A stretch of DNA of 63,879 nt, filler included, from Octopus bimaculoides (Eukaryota), in the NCBI RefSeq assembly GCF_001194135.2. It is 4 parts of 3 records of this genome, joined end to end, with 100 filler letters (N's around TTAATTAATTAA, not from the genome) between each part and the next. Parts side by side here need not be neighbours in the genome. Positions count along the whole stretch, not along the records: positions 1 to 29,992 come from NC_068997.1; 3 more parts are not named here. One strand, given 5' to 3'. Position numbers and translations under genes: made by a program. Of this stretch, positions 1-11,479 are shown piece after piece (the first letter of the stretch is position 1; each line of letters starts with the position of its first letter). Below the pieces are notes generated by a model that saw nothing but the letters and a program-made list of their open reading frames with translations, was not told the origin of the DNA and did not search any database.

Positions 1-197
1 TATATATATATATATATATATTTGGGGGTGTATGTATATAGGTATACAAATAGTTTCGTCAATTTACATAATGTAAGAGTATATAAATACTATGAGTCCT
101 CAGTTTGGTTTATCTCAGCTTGAACTGCAACTTAAAAGTGTGGTGCTGAAATTGCCTATCAAAGGCGGCCAGAAGTGGTTCTTCATTGAGCGGGTAC

Positions 198-582
198 ATA
201 TACATTAACACAAATAATGAACAAGCAAAACATTTGGCATCACTCTAGAACATTGACTTTTATCTAGGATTTCCTTAATTCTTCTATCATGGAAATACCA
301 AATACATTTATCTTTCACTCTGGACGTTCCTTGGTTTCTCGAAAAACTATTAATATCCTCGGTTGAGGATATTCTGTATTGCTATAGTTTCTTATTTCTC
401 TCTCTGCGACGACGGAATGCTTAGCTTACATGGAATTCTTCACTCAATAACATATGATCCACATGTTTAGCTATTCTAGAAACAACTTTATGAGGCTCTA
501 CGCACTATATTTATATTATAAATTAATTGTTCTAAGGTGATGCCAAATGTTTTGCTTGTTCATTATCTGTTTTAATGTATAT
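198..582. mobile_element. Foldback/MITE-like unit with 55-bp inverted arms (198-252 and 528-582)
   Basis: atatacattaacacaaataatgaacaagcaaaacatttggcatcactctagaaca at 198-252 matches the reverse complement of 528-582 with 4 mismatches. Non-coding spacer. Confidence 0.6.
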
Positions 583-635
583 ATATGTATGTATGTGTGT
601 ATGTATGTATGTATGTATGTATGTATGTATGTATG

Positions 636-669
<34 letters not shown>

Positions 670-725
670 TGTATGTATGTATGTGTGTTTGTATGTATGT
701 ATGTATATGTGTGTCTGTGTTTGTG
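575..725. repeat. (TATG)n/(TG)n microsatellite
   Basis: Direct reading; it generates the spurious YVCM/HTYI ORFs. Confidence 0.97.
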
Positions 726-1304
726 TATATAATCATAGGTATAAGTATATGCTTGTGTAATTAGTGTACAACCTTTATGCAAGCATATTGATTAATGACA
801 AATCCTAAAAGTCTGTAAACGAATTTCATATTTGTCACATATATGTACATGTATGTCATATATATGCATACATATATATGTATATGTGTACCTGTGTGTG
901 TGTATGTCATATATATATATTTTTTTCGGCTGTAGGTTATATAAAGAACCCACTTTGCATATGGTTTCTCTCAAAACTTTTCATCTTGCTCTGCTATTTG
1001 ACACCTTCATATTACGACGCGAAATGTCCAACCGCTAAGTTATGAAACATCTCTAGTTTTTAATCGTTCATCATTCTTTTCATTCATCTAACATGTATTA
1101 CTAACATTGCTAATGTTCTTGAGATAAATAACTTCGTAACCTGTAATTCGTTACTTTCTCAAATAACTTCTAGAATCTTATCCCTTTAAATATTTGACAT
1201 AATTCTCAGGTGTTTCTATCGGGCTTTGCTTCACTATTGCCCTATGCTGCTATTTCGATTTTCTTGTGGTAAAGCTAGCCATTTCCTCCATTTCTTGTTT
1301 GCAA

Positions 1305-2550
1305 TGTTCTGTGATGTTCTGTGATGAAAATAACCTTTTGAAATGCAACACCAACTTAATGAAACTAGCCAGGTGATTCTGCTAGCTAGGTCGATTTCAT
1401 TCTCACCAGATAGCGAGATGCATAGTTGCTCTTAAATAGAAGGACCTTCACTGGTGAAGAATGTACCCACCAACATAGATTAGTCATTAGCGAGTTTTGA
1501 CTCCAGGCCAGAAGGATGCCAAGAAGCAGACCAATCTTGAAAAGAAGGATTTTGAAGCTTAAGGACCATTCATATGGTCAGAGATTTGGGACATCCTAAT
1601 TGAGAAATTTGATGAGAGGGAGGAGAAGCTACAAACCTGTGACATGGGGGCAACTGGGAATTCCTGCAAGACAGCTTGCTGAGTGCCACAGTCCAAATCT
1701 GTGGCTGATGCAAAGTCCCTTCCAGACCTAGGGTAACGTGGTGGTGGAACAATACTGTAGACAGGGCCATTAGAGCAAAAAAAAAAAAAAAAACAGGCCT
1801 GGAAGAGTGAGGGAAGCAGGGAGCTGTATCAGATAACCAGAAGGGACGCTAGGAGACGAGTATATCTATCCAAAGGAGAAGCAGAAACGAAGTTTGCGTA
1901 TGGACGAGGATAGTTGTATAAAGAAGTGCCGATCTCTAACTATGGAGGAGATCTGTGGTAGGCCCTGGAAGACATGAGGCGAGGTGGTGAAGCATGATCT
2001 TCGAACTTTGAGCCTCACAGAGGCAATGACTGGAGATCGTGACCTCTGGCGACGTGCTGTGTTTGAGAGGATCCGAGAGTCACGTGCACCCGTACTGGTG
2101 GCACGTAAAGAACATCTTTTGAACGCTTTGCCTCACGGAGGCAAAGTGACTGAATTCCTTTCGAGTGTTAGGCCTCACGGAGGCAAGGTGGCTGAGCTCC
2201 TTTCGGGTGTGGGCCTTATGGAGGCAATGACTATGACCTTTGGCATTATGTCGTGCTTGAGAAGAAGACCCATCAAGTAGAGCAAAATCGCAGTCGTAAC
2301 AGATACCTGTGTCACGCAAATTGGTACGTAAACGCACCCCGGTGTCACGCAAGTAGCACCCGAGCCGGTGGCACGTAAAAGCACCCATTACATTCTCAGA
2401 GTTGTTGCGTTAGGAAGGGCATCCAGCCGTAGAAAACCATGGTAAATCAGACCGGAGTCTGGTGCAACCTTCCAGAGTGCCAGCCCGGTCAAACTGTCCA
2501 ACCCATGCCAGCAGGGACAACAGACGTTAAATGAGGATGATGATGATGAT
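1305..2550 (+). mobile_element. Internally deleted RTE-clade LINE (APE C-terminus + linker fused to the ORF C-terminus and 3' UTR, (GAT)n tail)
   Basis: Decayed translations: FCDENNLLKCNTN, VDFILTR, GEECTHQHRLVISEF (endonuclease end); RPRVTWWWNNTVDRAIRAK..QAWK (linker); then at ~1897 an abrupt jump to MDEDSCIKKCRSL..GRPWKT..EVVKHDLRTLSLTEAMT.DRDLWR (RTE C-terminus). 3' UTR contains gttaggaagggcatcc and ends in gatgatgatgat. No RT motifs present. Confidence 0.85.
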
Positions 2551-2559
2551 ATATATGTG

Positions 2560-2925
2560 TGGTGCTATGTGAGTAAAGAAAAGAATGCATGGTTAATTTA
2601 ATAGGGATGTTGAAGATAAGACAGACAGAGAAAAAAGATGGCTGTGTATGACTAAAAGTGATTTAAAACGGGAAACGGAGGCTCTAATCTGTGCTGCCCA
2701 AGAGCAAACACTAAGAACAAACTACATAAAATACAGAATAGACAGCACATCAGAAAGTGTTAAGTGCAGAATCTGTGGACAAAACGGTGAAACTGTATGG
2801 CATATGTAAGCCACTAGCCCAGAAGGAATAAGAGAGACGCCACGACAATATAGCCAGGCTTGTCCATTGGACACTTTGCAACAAGTATGGACTTGACAGA
2901 GCAAAAATTGGTACGGCCACAAACA
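2560..2925 (+). mobile_element. R4/Dong-like (restriction-like endonuclease) non-LTR retrotransposon fragment, CCHC region
   Basis: DLKRETEALICAAQEQTLRTNYIKYRIDSTSESVKCRICGQNGETVWH..LAQKE.ERRHDNIARLVHWTLC. This is the zinc knuckle and RHD motif that precede the RLE domain. Confidence 0.8.
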
Positions 2926-2958
2926 TGAAAACATTGCCGAAAATAGAAATGCAATTAT

Positions 2959-2995
2959 TTTATTATTATCATCATCATTATTATCATTATCATCA

Positions 2996-3063
<68 letters not shown>
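2959..3063. repeat. (TAT/CAT)n microsatellite; reads (TAA)n directly 3' of the minus-strand RLE element
   Basis: Direct reading. Confidence 0.97.
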
Positions 3064-4050
3064 TCCCTTTCCCTAGTCAGAGCTCTCCATTTCACTTGAT
3101 CTGGTTAATTCTGTAAGGCCGGACAACAACCTGTTGTTAAGTGTTTCACAGGGTCTCTTTCCAAGTACCAATTTCAAAATCCTCGCTGTCCCCAATAAAG
3201 CAGTTTTCTGAGCATGTTCTCCCCTCATATTAATCTTAATTTCTCTAACAAATTTCTCAAACCTGGTTGTTAATTTTCCTAGTGCCCCTACAACTACAGG
3301 GATGACAGTTACTTTCTTCATGGCCCAGGTCCACATTCGTGCAATTTCATCTTTTAGTGGCCTCTCAGTTATTTTCAGTTCTTTGTTACTCACTCGTTCA
3401 TTCCTAGGTATGGCAATATCTATGATCTTGATTTCCTTCATCATTTTATCAACTACAACAATGTCTAGTCAGCTAACATCAATCATTGAATCACACTGGA
3501 TTGTAAAATCCCACTCATTATTCTCACTGCTCGTACCATTTCAATATCCTTTCAAGACCGTACTTCTCATAAAGCTCTAATACATATACTTAGCTACATT
3601 ATCATGCCTCCTTTTGTATTCCCTTTGGACAAGCTTACTACACTCACTCATAATATTTGAGACTGTTTCAGTTTTGATGCCACACATCCTACAAAAAGGA
3701 GACTCACTACTCTTATCTGTAATTAGTTCTCAGAGCTTCTTCCTGAGCGCTGTGTATCAATGCTTCAGTACATCCTTTCAAATCACTTTTCCACAGCCAT
3801 CTTCAGGTTTTGGTCTTGTCTTTCCTTTCCATTTCTCTGAACGCTTTCCCATGCATGGCTTTCACTTTCCAGTTGTTCAGTCTGTTCTCCATGTTGCTTC
3901 TCAAATACTTTCAGGTGTATCACATTTTCACTAGGTATCGTGTCACTGTTTCTAACAATAACCACCAATGGTTCAATCTGCTGTTTCACGCACCATCGCA
4001 CCGTTTTCCTCGATGACATCACAGATCTTGCAGCTTATGAGACCTCGTTC
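3064..4050 (-). mobile_element. R4/Dong-like RLE non-LTR retrotransposon, 3' portion (CCHC + PD-(D/E)xK endonuclease + 3' UTR)
   Basis: Minus strand: CRMCGIKTETVSNIMSECSKLVQREYKRRHDNVAK, WDFTIQCDSMI..DIVVVDKMMKEIKIIDIAIP, KVTVIPVVVGALG, QKTALLGTARILK. The 3' end runs directly into (TAA)n. Confidence 0.88.
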
Positions 4051-4148
4051 TCTCCTCGTTCTCTCTTATATCTAGGCAAATAGAGGAGCCAAACTACAAA
4101 GACATAGTGGGAAGAATGCTGGCAAAGTTCGAAGCGTTAGTTGTAAAA

Positions 4149-4450
4149 TCTTATAATAATTCTACTTGTCATTGCGTTACTTAGCCAGTCGGTTACGTTT
4201 TCACGTGATCAGAGAAAAAGAGGATCAGGTAGAGAGAAAAAGAGGATAAGGCGAAGAGTGAGGCAAAACGAGACAGAAAGCTAAAGGGGAAGAGAGAAAG
4301 GACGGAGAGAGAAGCGTCCATTACATATGGTAGGGGGAACGTAATATTTATTACGTGATTAAAAAGTTAGTTGAATGTAGTGATGTAGAGGAGAGTTAGA
4401 AATATAATTTTAGCAGAGGGGTGGTGTTCTGATAGTGAGATTAAAGAAAA

Positions 4451-4531
<81 letters not shown>

Positions 4532-5385
4532 AAAGAAAGAAAGAGAGAGACAGATGATGTTGATGGTAACTTGTATTTAATTGAAGTAAGTATTTTTTAC
4601 ATCACCCATCACTTAACGCATATGCATTCTAAACTTGTCATTCACTTTGGAAAGAAACCAGTTTCCTATTCGCCTGCCATATGCAATGGCTATCAATAAA
4701 TCACAAGGGCAGACATTTGATAAAGTGGGGCTCTTCTTGCCTGAACCTGTATTCAGCCATGGTCAGCTATATGCTGCATTCTCAAGGGTTCGCAAATTAT
4801 CTGATGTGAGAGTTAAAGTGATCAATACTGAGAGGCAAGGGAAAAGAAGCAGGAGAACTTACACGAAGAACATAGTCTGCAAAGAAGGATTGGATTGAAA
4901 GGTGTACGCAAATTGAAATGTGTATTAGCTTAGAAGTTACCAACGATATTGCTTTCAGAATATGTCATGTTGTATTAAATTTTAACCCCCGTGAAATTGT
5001 GACCCCTCTATTTTACATATAAAATGATTTTTTTTTTACTCTAAAATTTTTGTTTTCTAGATATGAAATTGTGACCATGTACAGTTTGAAATGTAATTTT
5101 TTCTGCTTATGGGAAAAATGGAAATAATAAGAGTGAATATTTATTTTATGAGTGCTGTATACTGAGTTTATAAAATTGTGCATAAAATATACAGAGTATG
5201 TATATAAAGTGCATTAAGTAATCATCATATTCCAATTTCCTTCACTTTTCAATGAATAGCAGACAGGCGACTATCTTTTAATATAGACAACACAGACTAC
5301 GCTTTCAGGCTTTTTGGATAAAGTTTTCAGGAACAACCCAATAGGTTTACTATTAATCCCGTGAAATATTCACGATTTCCGCTAG
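4149..5385 (+). mobile_element. Non-autonomous Helitron (1237 bp)
   Basis: 5' TC at 4149 after an A; 3' hairpin cgtgaa-ata-ttcacg followed by CTAG (5382-5385) before a T; no TSD. Contains a PIF1-type helicase fragment and a (GA)n run (~4455-4526). Confidence 0.9.
4620..4898 (+). pseudogene. Helitron PIF1-family helicase C-terminal fragment
   Basis: [46 protein letters not shown] matches the last conserved motifs of Helitron Rep-helicases. Confidence 0.92.
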
Positions 5386-6351
5386 TGAGCATTAAATTTC
5401 ATTTCCTAAAAGCCCATTCTGTAAAATCTGAAGGATGTACGTAAGGAGCAGGGGTAAGATTAAATTAAGACATAAAGGAGATGGAAAGAAGATATCAGAG
5501 AAGATGGAATATCGAGATATTGAACCACCAGGAAACCATGAAGACATACATAGATGGAAGGAGCCCTTGTAAAACTCTATTTTCTCGCCTTTCAATTGCA
5601 TTTGTACCGTATTATTTTGCTATCTAAAGTGTCATATTTATTTTTACTTGTTTTAATTTGTCCTACCATATATGGAGTTACCTACAAATTATGGTATACT
5701 CTATAATTAGATTGTGAAAAAAACCTTAGGTAATGGGAGATAGCTATTTTGATATTTCGAATTAGGAACACACAAATATAAAAAAAATAACATACAATTA
5801 TCAAAGCAATTTTCAAAAATTCCATTTCGCAGCCCTGTGTGGTAGAAAGCTTTTTCATGCTGTTAAAATAACACCAGAGCAAGATAGGGAGACGAGTTTC
5901 CAAGCAAATATTGGAATTTTGGTTTGGAAAATAGTGCACACAGAAGCATTAGAGATATCAAACAGTAGAAAGGAAGTATAAGCTTTGTTACTCAGAGTGC
6001 AGAACCAAGCGATTACCTCTCGCTCATCTTTCTCTCCCTTTCCTAGGAAACTTGTAAAAATTCAAGCGAGAGATGTTGAGTGATCCTTGTTTGGTCCATA
6101 TCTACATTTGGGCTGCACATTGTTAATTCTATTATGTTATAGTCAGAGAAAATTTCAGGCACTTCCTTCATGTTATAAAAGAATACTATTATTTGTTAAG
6201 TAGCGATATAGTGTAGTATTGCCTCTCGCTAGATAATATACTATTGGTTTTCGTTTATGCAGTGACATTCCTGAAAGAATATGGTGCTTGGTCCATTTGA
6301 AGTCACCTAAGAGAAGTACTGATCCAATTAGATTAACATCTACTCTATTTT

Positions 6352-6660
6352 TGTTGTATAGTGAAACTGTATACCCCTCCCGGTAAAAACTGGTAGGACA
6401 CAGCCATTATAAATAGACCAGTAGCCGATTGACTAGTAAGGGTCGAGAGTCGAAGAGCTGAGAGTCCACAGTTCTAGTCGGTGTCTTATGGAGCTATCAG
6501 CGATAGTAAGAAAGAAGAAATTAGTGTATTACTATTCCGGTACAAAGAGATACATCTGTATTCGATGACTAGTAACTATTGTAGGTACTAGCGTAAAACA
6601 GCAACTACAGTGCAACGGCATTCCCACATCACACCAGTGGATGGAACCCACATTACAACA
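6352..6660 (+). mobile_element. Solo LTR (309 bp) of an LTR retrotransposon
   Basis: TGTTGTA...TACAACA (7-bp terminal inverted repeat), 5-bp TSD ATTTT on both sides (6347-6351, 6661-6665), internal TATAAATA near 6408. Confidence 0.8.
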
Positions 6661-6852
6661 ATTTTTCAGACACCCATTTCAAATTTTCTATCTACAGTAC
6701 GGGATAGCAGAATGGTGTGACGAACAAAAATGCCTTCGATATCCTAGCGGGGTTCCAGTGCAATAAACGGAATCAGTGAAAGTGTAAATGAATCCGTGCG
6801 CGGGCACGCGTGTGTGCGTGTGTGCGTGTGCACGTGTGCGCGCATGTGTATC

Positions 6853-6885
<33 letters not shown>

Positions 6886-7159
6886 TGTCAGTCTGGATGT
6901 ATTCACTCGTAGATGTAGCATGGCCAAAAGGATTATATCGTAACTAAGAGATCCCATGAGATATATATATAACCCAAAACACTGCGTAGTATTGGAATGA
7001 TCGAAGGTTCGTGAGTGAAACTAGCTCGATTGAAACTGTGTGGAAGCTCACCGAATGGATTGTATTGACCGTTGGCGGTTCGACGGCGAACTATTTACTT
7101 CTTATATTTCTAACATTTTATAACCAATTACTGCAAACATTACCACTCTTACTACAGCT

Positions 7160-7213
7160 CAACTACAACTAACACTACTCCTAACAACAACCATATCAAT
7201 AACAACATCATCA

Positions 7214-7285
<72 letters not shown>

Positions 7286-7480
7286 GCCATCATTACGACC
7301 ATCGCATTTTCAGTAACACCACAATTACATTCACCAAAACCACTAATTGTACTCCACTCGCCACGTCCAAGAGGACAGTTATAGTAATTACCACTATTAA
7401 TACCACCTCTAGCAAGCAACAGCAGCATTTCCACTACCACCATTACCATCAACGATTTCCACCACCACAAAACCACAAAC
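7160..7480. repeat. Compound (CTA)n/(CAC/CAA)n trinucleotide repeat
   Basis: Direct reading; pure (CTA)n about 7224-7283. Confidence 0.9.
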
Positions 7481-7644
7481 CCACGAGGAAGCCTCAGTAT
7501 GGTCGCTCGACCTGCTAGAATTAGCCGTCAAATGTTTTTCAAATCACAACCTGCCATCTTGCATTAAATAACGTAGTCCTACATAATCTTGAAAATAATG
7601 ATTTTTTTCCCCACAAGTCTGCTCGATCTGTGGTGACCTGGGAC

Positions 7645-7696
<52 letters not shown>

Positions 7697-7790
7697 CTAC
7701 TACTACTACTACTACTACTGCCACTGCTGCTGCTGCTGCCAAAGCGACCGCCAAACACCATCATCACCACCGCTATCCTCATCATCACGC
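7480..7790 (+). mobile_element. Interspersed repeat 3' end with (ACA)n/(CTA)n tail
   Basis: The motif cctgctagaaatagcagccaaat recurs in variant form at ~7515, ~15730 and ~47983; here it is followed by a (CAA)n tail. Confidence 0.45.
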
Positions 7791-8559
7791 TGATATTTCT
7801 TTAAGCTTAGCAAAACATATTTTCCGACTTAAGTAAATAATTATTTGTGAAAAATCAACGGTTTCTTGACAGAAAATATAACGTGGCGAGAGTTGATTGC
7901 ATATGAAATGTCGGCAAACGATATGTGATGTGAATGATAATTATCAGAGTGGTATTCCATGTTTTGGGTAAGTTATTTTAGAGTCTACCAAATATGGATG
8001 GAATTAAAAACAGAACGCTTTTACCGCTTGTTTGGGGTGATCACACACACGCGCGCGCGAGCGTACACATACACACATACACAAGCACATGCACAAGCAT
8101 ATCCAACCACACGGACAAGCATATGTATGTATTATGTGGGTAGGTAGGTAAGTAGGTAGGTAGATTGGTGGGTAGGTAGGCAGGTACTTATGTATATATG
8201 TAGTTATTCTTCTTAGCCCTTAGTCAGGCTTGATTTCGTAGACCTATGATCAAATGCAGTGAATTAGGATCAATAAGTGTCCGTCCATAGTCGGTGGATT
8301 GGTGGAATTATTAGTGTTGTCAAGATGCTTTGCAGATCATCTGATACGAGGCGCCTTTAGAGGAGTTCATTCGGTTGTAGTCATTTGGTTCGGGTAGGGT
8401 TTGGTTTGGGGATAATTTCTTATATTCTCCACAAATGTCAAGAGCCTTGATAAAAGTAACAGACTGTGGTCACTACTCTTCCATCCCTGACTAAACAATA
8501 AAAAAGGTATTCTGGCAACGATCTTCTCGTCTTTTTATGTCTAGAATAACATCAGTCAA

Positions 8560-9250
8560 TATGCACATCAGTTTTTAACATTGTAGGATGTTATTTGAGG
8601 TAACCTGGCTACCATTTCTAGCATTCAAGCGACTACATAGAGGTTCCCTTATTAGTCCGTGTGTATGTACGTGTAGGGGGGAGGGGGATGATAGAGACTG
8701 ATAAGTCGGCTAGCAAGTTGACAGAAACGGTAGAAAGTCTCATGTACATAGAGCATTCAGTTCAGTTTTACTCGGACCCCAAATTCTACCAGATTTTTCT
8801 GGGTTTATATATTGATTTTAATACAATTGTAATTAGATTAAACTATAATTTAATGACAATTATAGTTTTCTTTATTGGTAACACATTGCTAAACCGCTGC
8901 TTACATTAATTATTTGCATACGCATAAACGATTTCCTTTATGATCCATAGATTTCTATGGTGTAAACATATATACTGGCAGCGATGTTGTCCGGAATCTG
9001 GCAAGTCGAGCCGACCCTACTGAAGAAGCTCTGATGTTTAAGCCAAAACTGTCCGACAATATAGGGATATCTCAACCGCTGCTTTCAGTCGTTTCCGATC
9101 GCTGTCAGTATGTATGTATTCAATAATGTACGTTGACTGCAGTATTAGAGAGCTTTATTTCTAGCATTGTAGGTGTTCTAACACCCTCAGTCATATCTAA
9201 TGACAATTATAGTATCCCTTTGCAAAACATTGCTAAACCGCTGCCTATAT
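8560..9250. repeat. Locally duplicated decayed repeat (possible Penelope-like terminal repeat relic)
   Basis: taatgacaattatagt...acattgctaaaccgctgc occurs at ~8850-8902 and ~9198-9244; cattgtagg occurs at ~8580 and ~9165. Confidence 0.4.
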
Positions 9251-9269
9251 CAATTTATATATATATGTG

Positions 9270-9316
<47 letters not shown>

Positions 9317-9330
9317 TAAATAATATATAT

Positions 9331-9376
<46 letters not shown>

Positions 9377-10084
9377 NNNNNNNNNNNNNNNNNNNNNNNN
9401 NNNNNNNNNNNNNNNNNNNNNNNNNNNNNNNNNNNNNNNNNNNNNNNNNNNNNNNNNNNNNNNNNNNNNNNNNNNNNNNNNNNNNNNNNNNNNNNNNNNN
9501 NNNNNNNNNNNNNNNNNNNNNNNNNNNNNNNNNNNNNNNNNNNNNNNNNNNNNNNNNNNNNNNNNNNNNNNNNNNNNNNNNNNNNNNNNNNNNNNNNNNN
9601 NNNNNNNNNNNNNNNNNNNNNNNNNNNNNNNNNNNNNNNNNNNNNNNNNNNNNNNNNNNNNNNNNNNNNNNNNNNNNNNNNNNNNNNNNNNNNNNNNNNN
9701 NNNNNNNNNNNNNNNNNNNNNNNNNNNNNNNNNNNGTATGTGTGCATGTGAGTGTATGTATGTCTGTGTGTGTGTGCATATGTATATATGTATGTATGTG
9801 TGTGTATGTATATATGTATGTATGTGTGTGCATGTGTGTATATGTATGTATGTACATCTGTCTCCTTGTGTGTGTATGTCTGAGTGTGTGCATGTGTGTG
9901 TTTTGCTGCTATGTACCATGTTTGTATGTATGGGTGCACATCTTCATATGTGTGGACAAGTGTGTGTGTATACGTGGTCATGTGTTTCAGTCTCTATTTG
10001 CGTATGTGGTTGTCTGTTCATATACCCTATGTACCTACCCGTCTGTATGTAGTCCTGTTGGTTTACATATACATACATATGCAT

Positions 10085-10142
<58 letters not shown>

Positions 10143-10152
10143 NNNNNNNNNN

Positions 10153-10193
<41 letters not shown>

Positions 10194-10269
10194 CCACACT
10201 CACAGACATACATACATCTATCTGCATAAAGCCCATCAACTTCCACTTTACCTGTGTAAAATGTGGGTA

Positions 10270-10552
10270 TGGGGGTATGATATCTATGTATATTTCCTAT
10301 TTAGTATTGGGGAAGCTTCATTTATAAGGACGTACTCCCGTATTTGTCTTAGAGTTGGGTCTTTTGGGTGCTTGGATAAGATGCGGATGTCAAGTTGACC
10401 CAAGTTGCCTCCATGCTAGTCTTTGGCATGCTGGTAGAGTATGGAGGACTGTTTTTTGTCGTCATATTGTCTCAGATAATCGTTTAGCCGTTCCGCAATG
10501 CTCCTAGATGTTTCACCTATATGTTTCACCTGTATGTTTCACCTATGTATGT
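10270..10552 (-). mobile_element. Penelope-like element GIY-YIG endonuclease fragment
   Basis: Minus strand: YIGETSRSIAERLNDYLRQYDDKKQSSILYQHAKD.HGG..DIRILSKHPKDPTLRQIREYVLINEASPILNRK. Confidence 0.75.
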
Positions 10553-10589
10553 CATGATTCGAGAGACATATTTCTCTGGGGCAAATATA

Positions 10590-10790
10590 ACTGCGGCTAT
10601 GTAGGAGCACCGCCTTTGATCGAAAAAATCGACCACAGGATTTCTTCTTTGTGAGCCTAGTACTTATTCTATCAGTGTCTTTTGCCGAACCGCTACGTTA
10701 TGGGAACGTAAACACAGCAACATCGGTTGTCAAGCAATGGTGGGGTACAAACACAGACACAGACAGATACACACACACACAAAAATATAC
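10590..10790 (-). mobile_element. SINE family S1, 3' half
   Basis: Reverse complement of the S1 3' domain seen at 11270-11474 and 52330-52559. Confidence 0.85.
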
Positions 10791-11143
10791 ATATATATAT
10801 ACGACAGTCTTCTTTCTACACATATATACGTGTATATACATATATATACATACCTATACATATATATACACACATATATATATATATGTGTGTGTGTGTN
10901 NNNNNNNNNNNNNNNNNNNNNNNNNNNNNNNNNNNNNNNNNNNNNNNNNNNNNNNNNNNNNNNNNNNNNNNNNNNNNNNNNNNNNNNNNNNNNNNNNNNN
11001 NNNNNNNNNNNNNNNNNNNNNNNNNNNNNNNNNNNNNNNNNNNNNNNNNNNNNNNNNNNNNNNNNNNNNNNNNNNNNNNNNNNNNNNNNNNNNNNNNNNN
11101 NNNNNNNNNNNNNNNNNNNNNNNNNNNNNNNNNNNNNNNNNNN

Positions 11144-11238
<95 letters not shown>

Positions 11239-11269
11239 GTGTGTGTGTGTCTGTGTGTGTGTATGTGTA

Positions 11270-11474
11270 TGTTTGTGTGTCTGTATTTGTCCCCCCAACA
11301 TCGCTTGACAACCGATGTTATTGTGTTTACGTCCCCGTAACTTAGTGGTTCGGCAAAAAAGACCGATTGAATAAGTACTAGGCTTACAAAGAATAAGTCC
11401 TGGTGTCGATTTGCTCGACTAAAGGCGGTGCTCCAGCATGGCCACAATCAAAAGACTGAAACAAGTAAAAGAGT
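11270..11474 (+). mobile_element. SINE family S1, 3' half
   Basis: cttgacaaccgatg..gtccccgtaacttagtggttcggc..aaggcggtgctccagcatggcc..gactgaaacaagtaaaagag; many copies in the window. Confidence 0.88.
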
Positions 11475-11479
11475 ATATA

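Larger units (their letters stand above)
4065..5839 (+). mobile_element. CMC/Chapaev3-like DNA transposon relic, split by a Helitron (pieces 4065-4148 and 5386-5839)
   Basis: Joining the two flanks gives YLGK.REPNYKDIVGRMLAKFEAL-CKMSIKFHFLKAH..EQG.RL..DIKEMERRYQRRWN. This resembles the MSxKxHFLHSH/EQGERFHQDI.MERRYQ motif I associate with Chapaev3 transposases (from memory). Possible ...CCCTGTG terminus at 5839. Confidence 0.6.

Noticed and set aside
516-1038. ORFs rich in YVCM/HTYI (and all similar ORFs across the window)
   Set aside because: They are translations of (TATG)n, (TA)n and (CA)n microsatellites, which lack stops in some frames.
9133-10398. Long ORFs of 200-420 aa spanning N runs (also near 15000, 18000, 19500, 24600, 57100, 59600)
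   Set aside because: Their length comes from assembly gaps translated as X.
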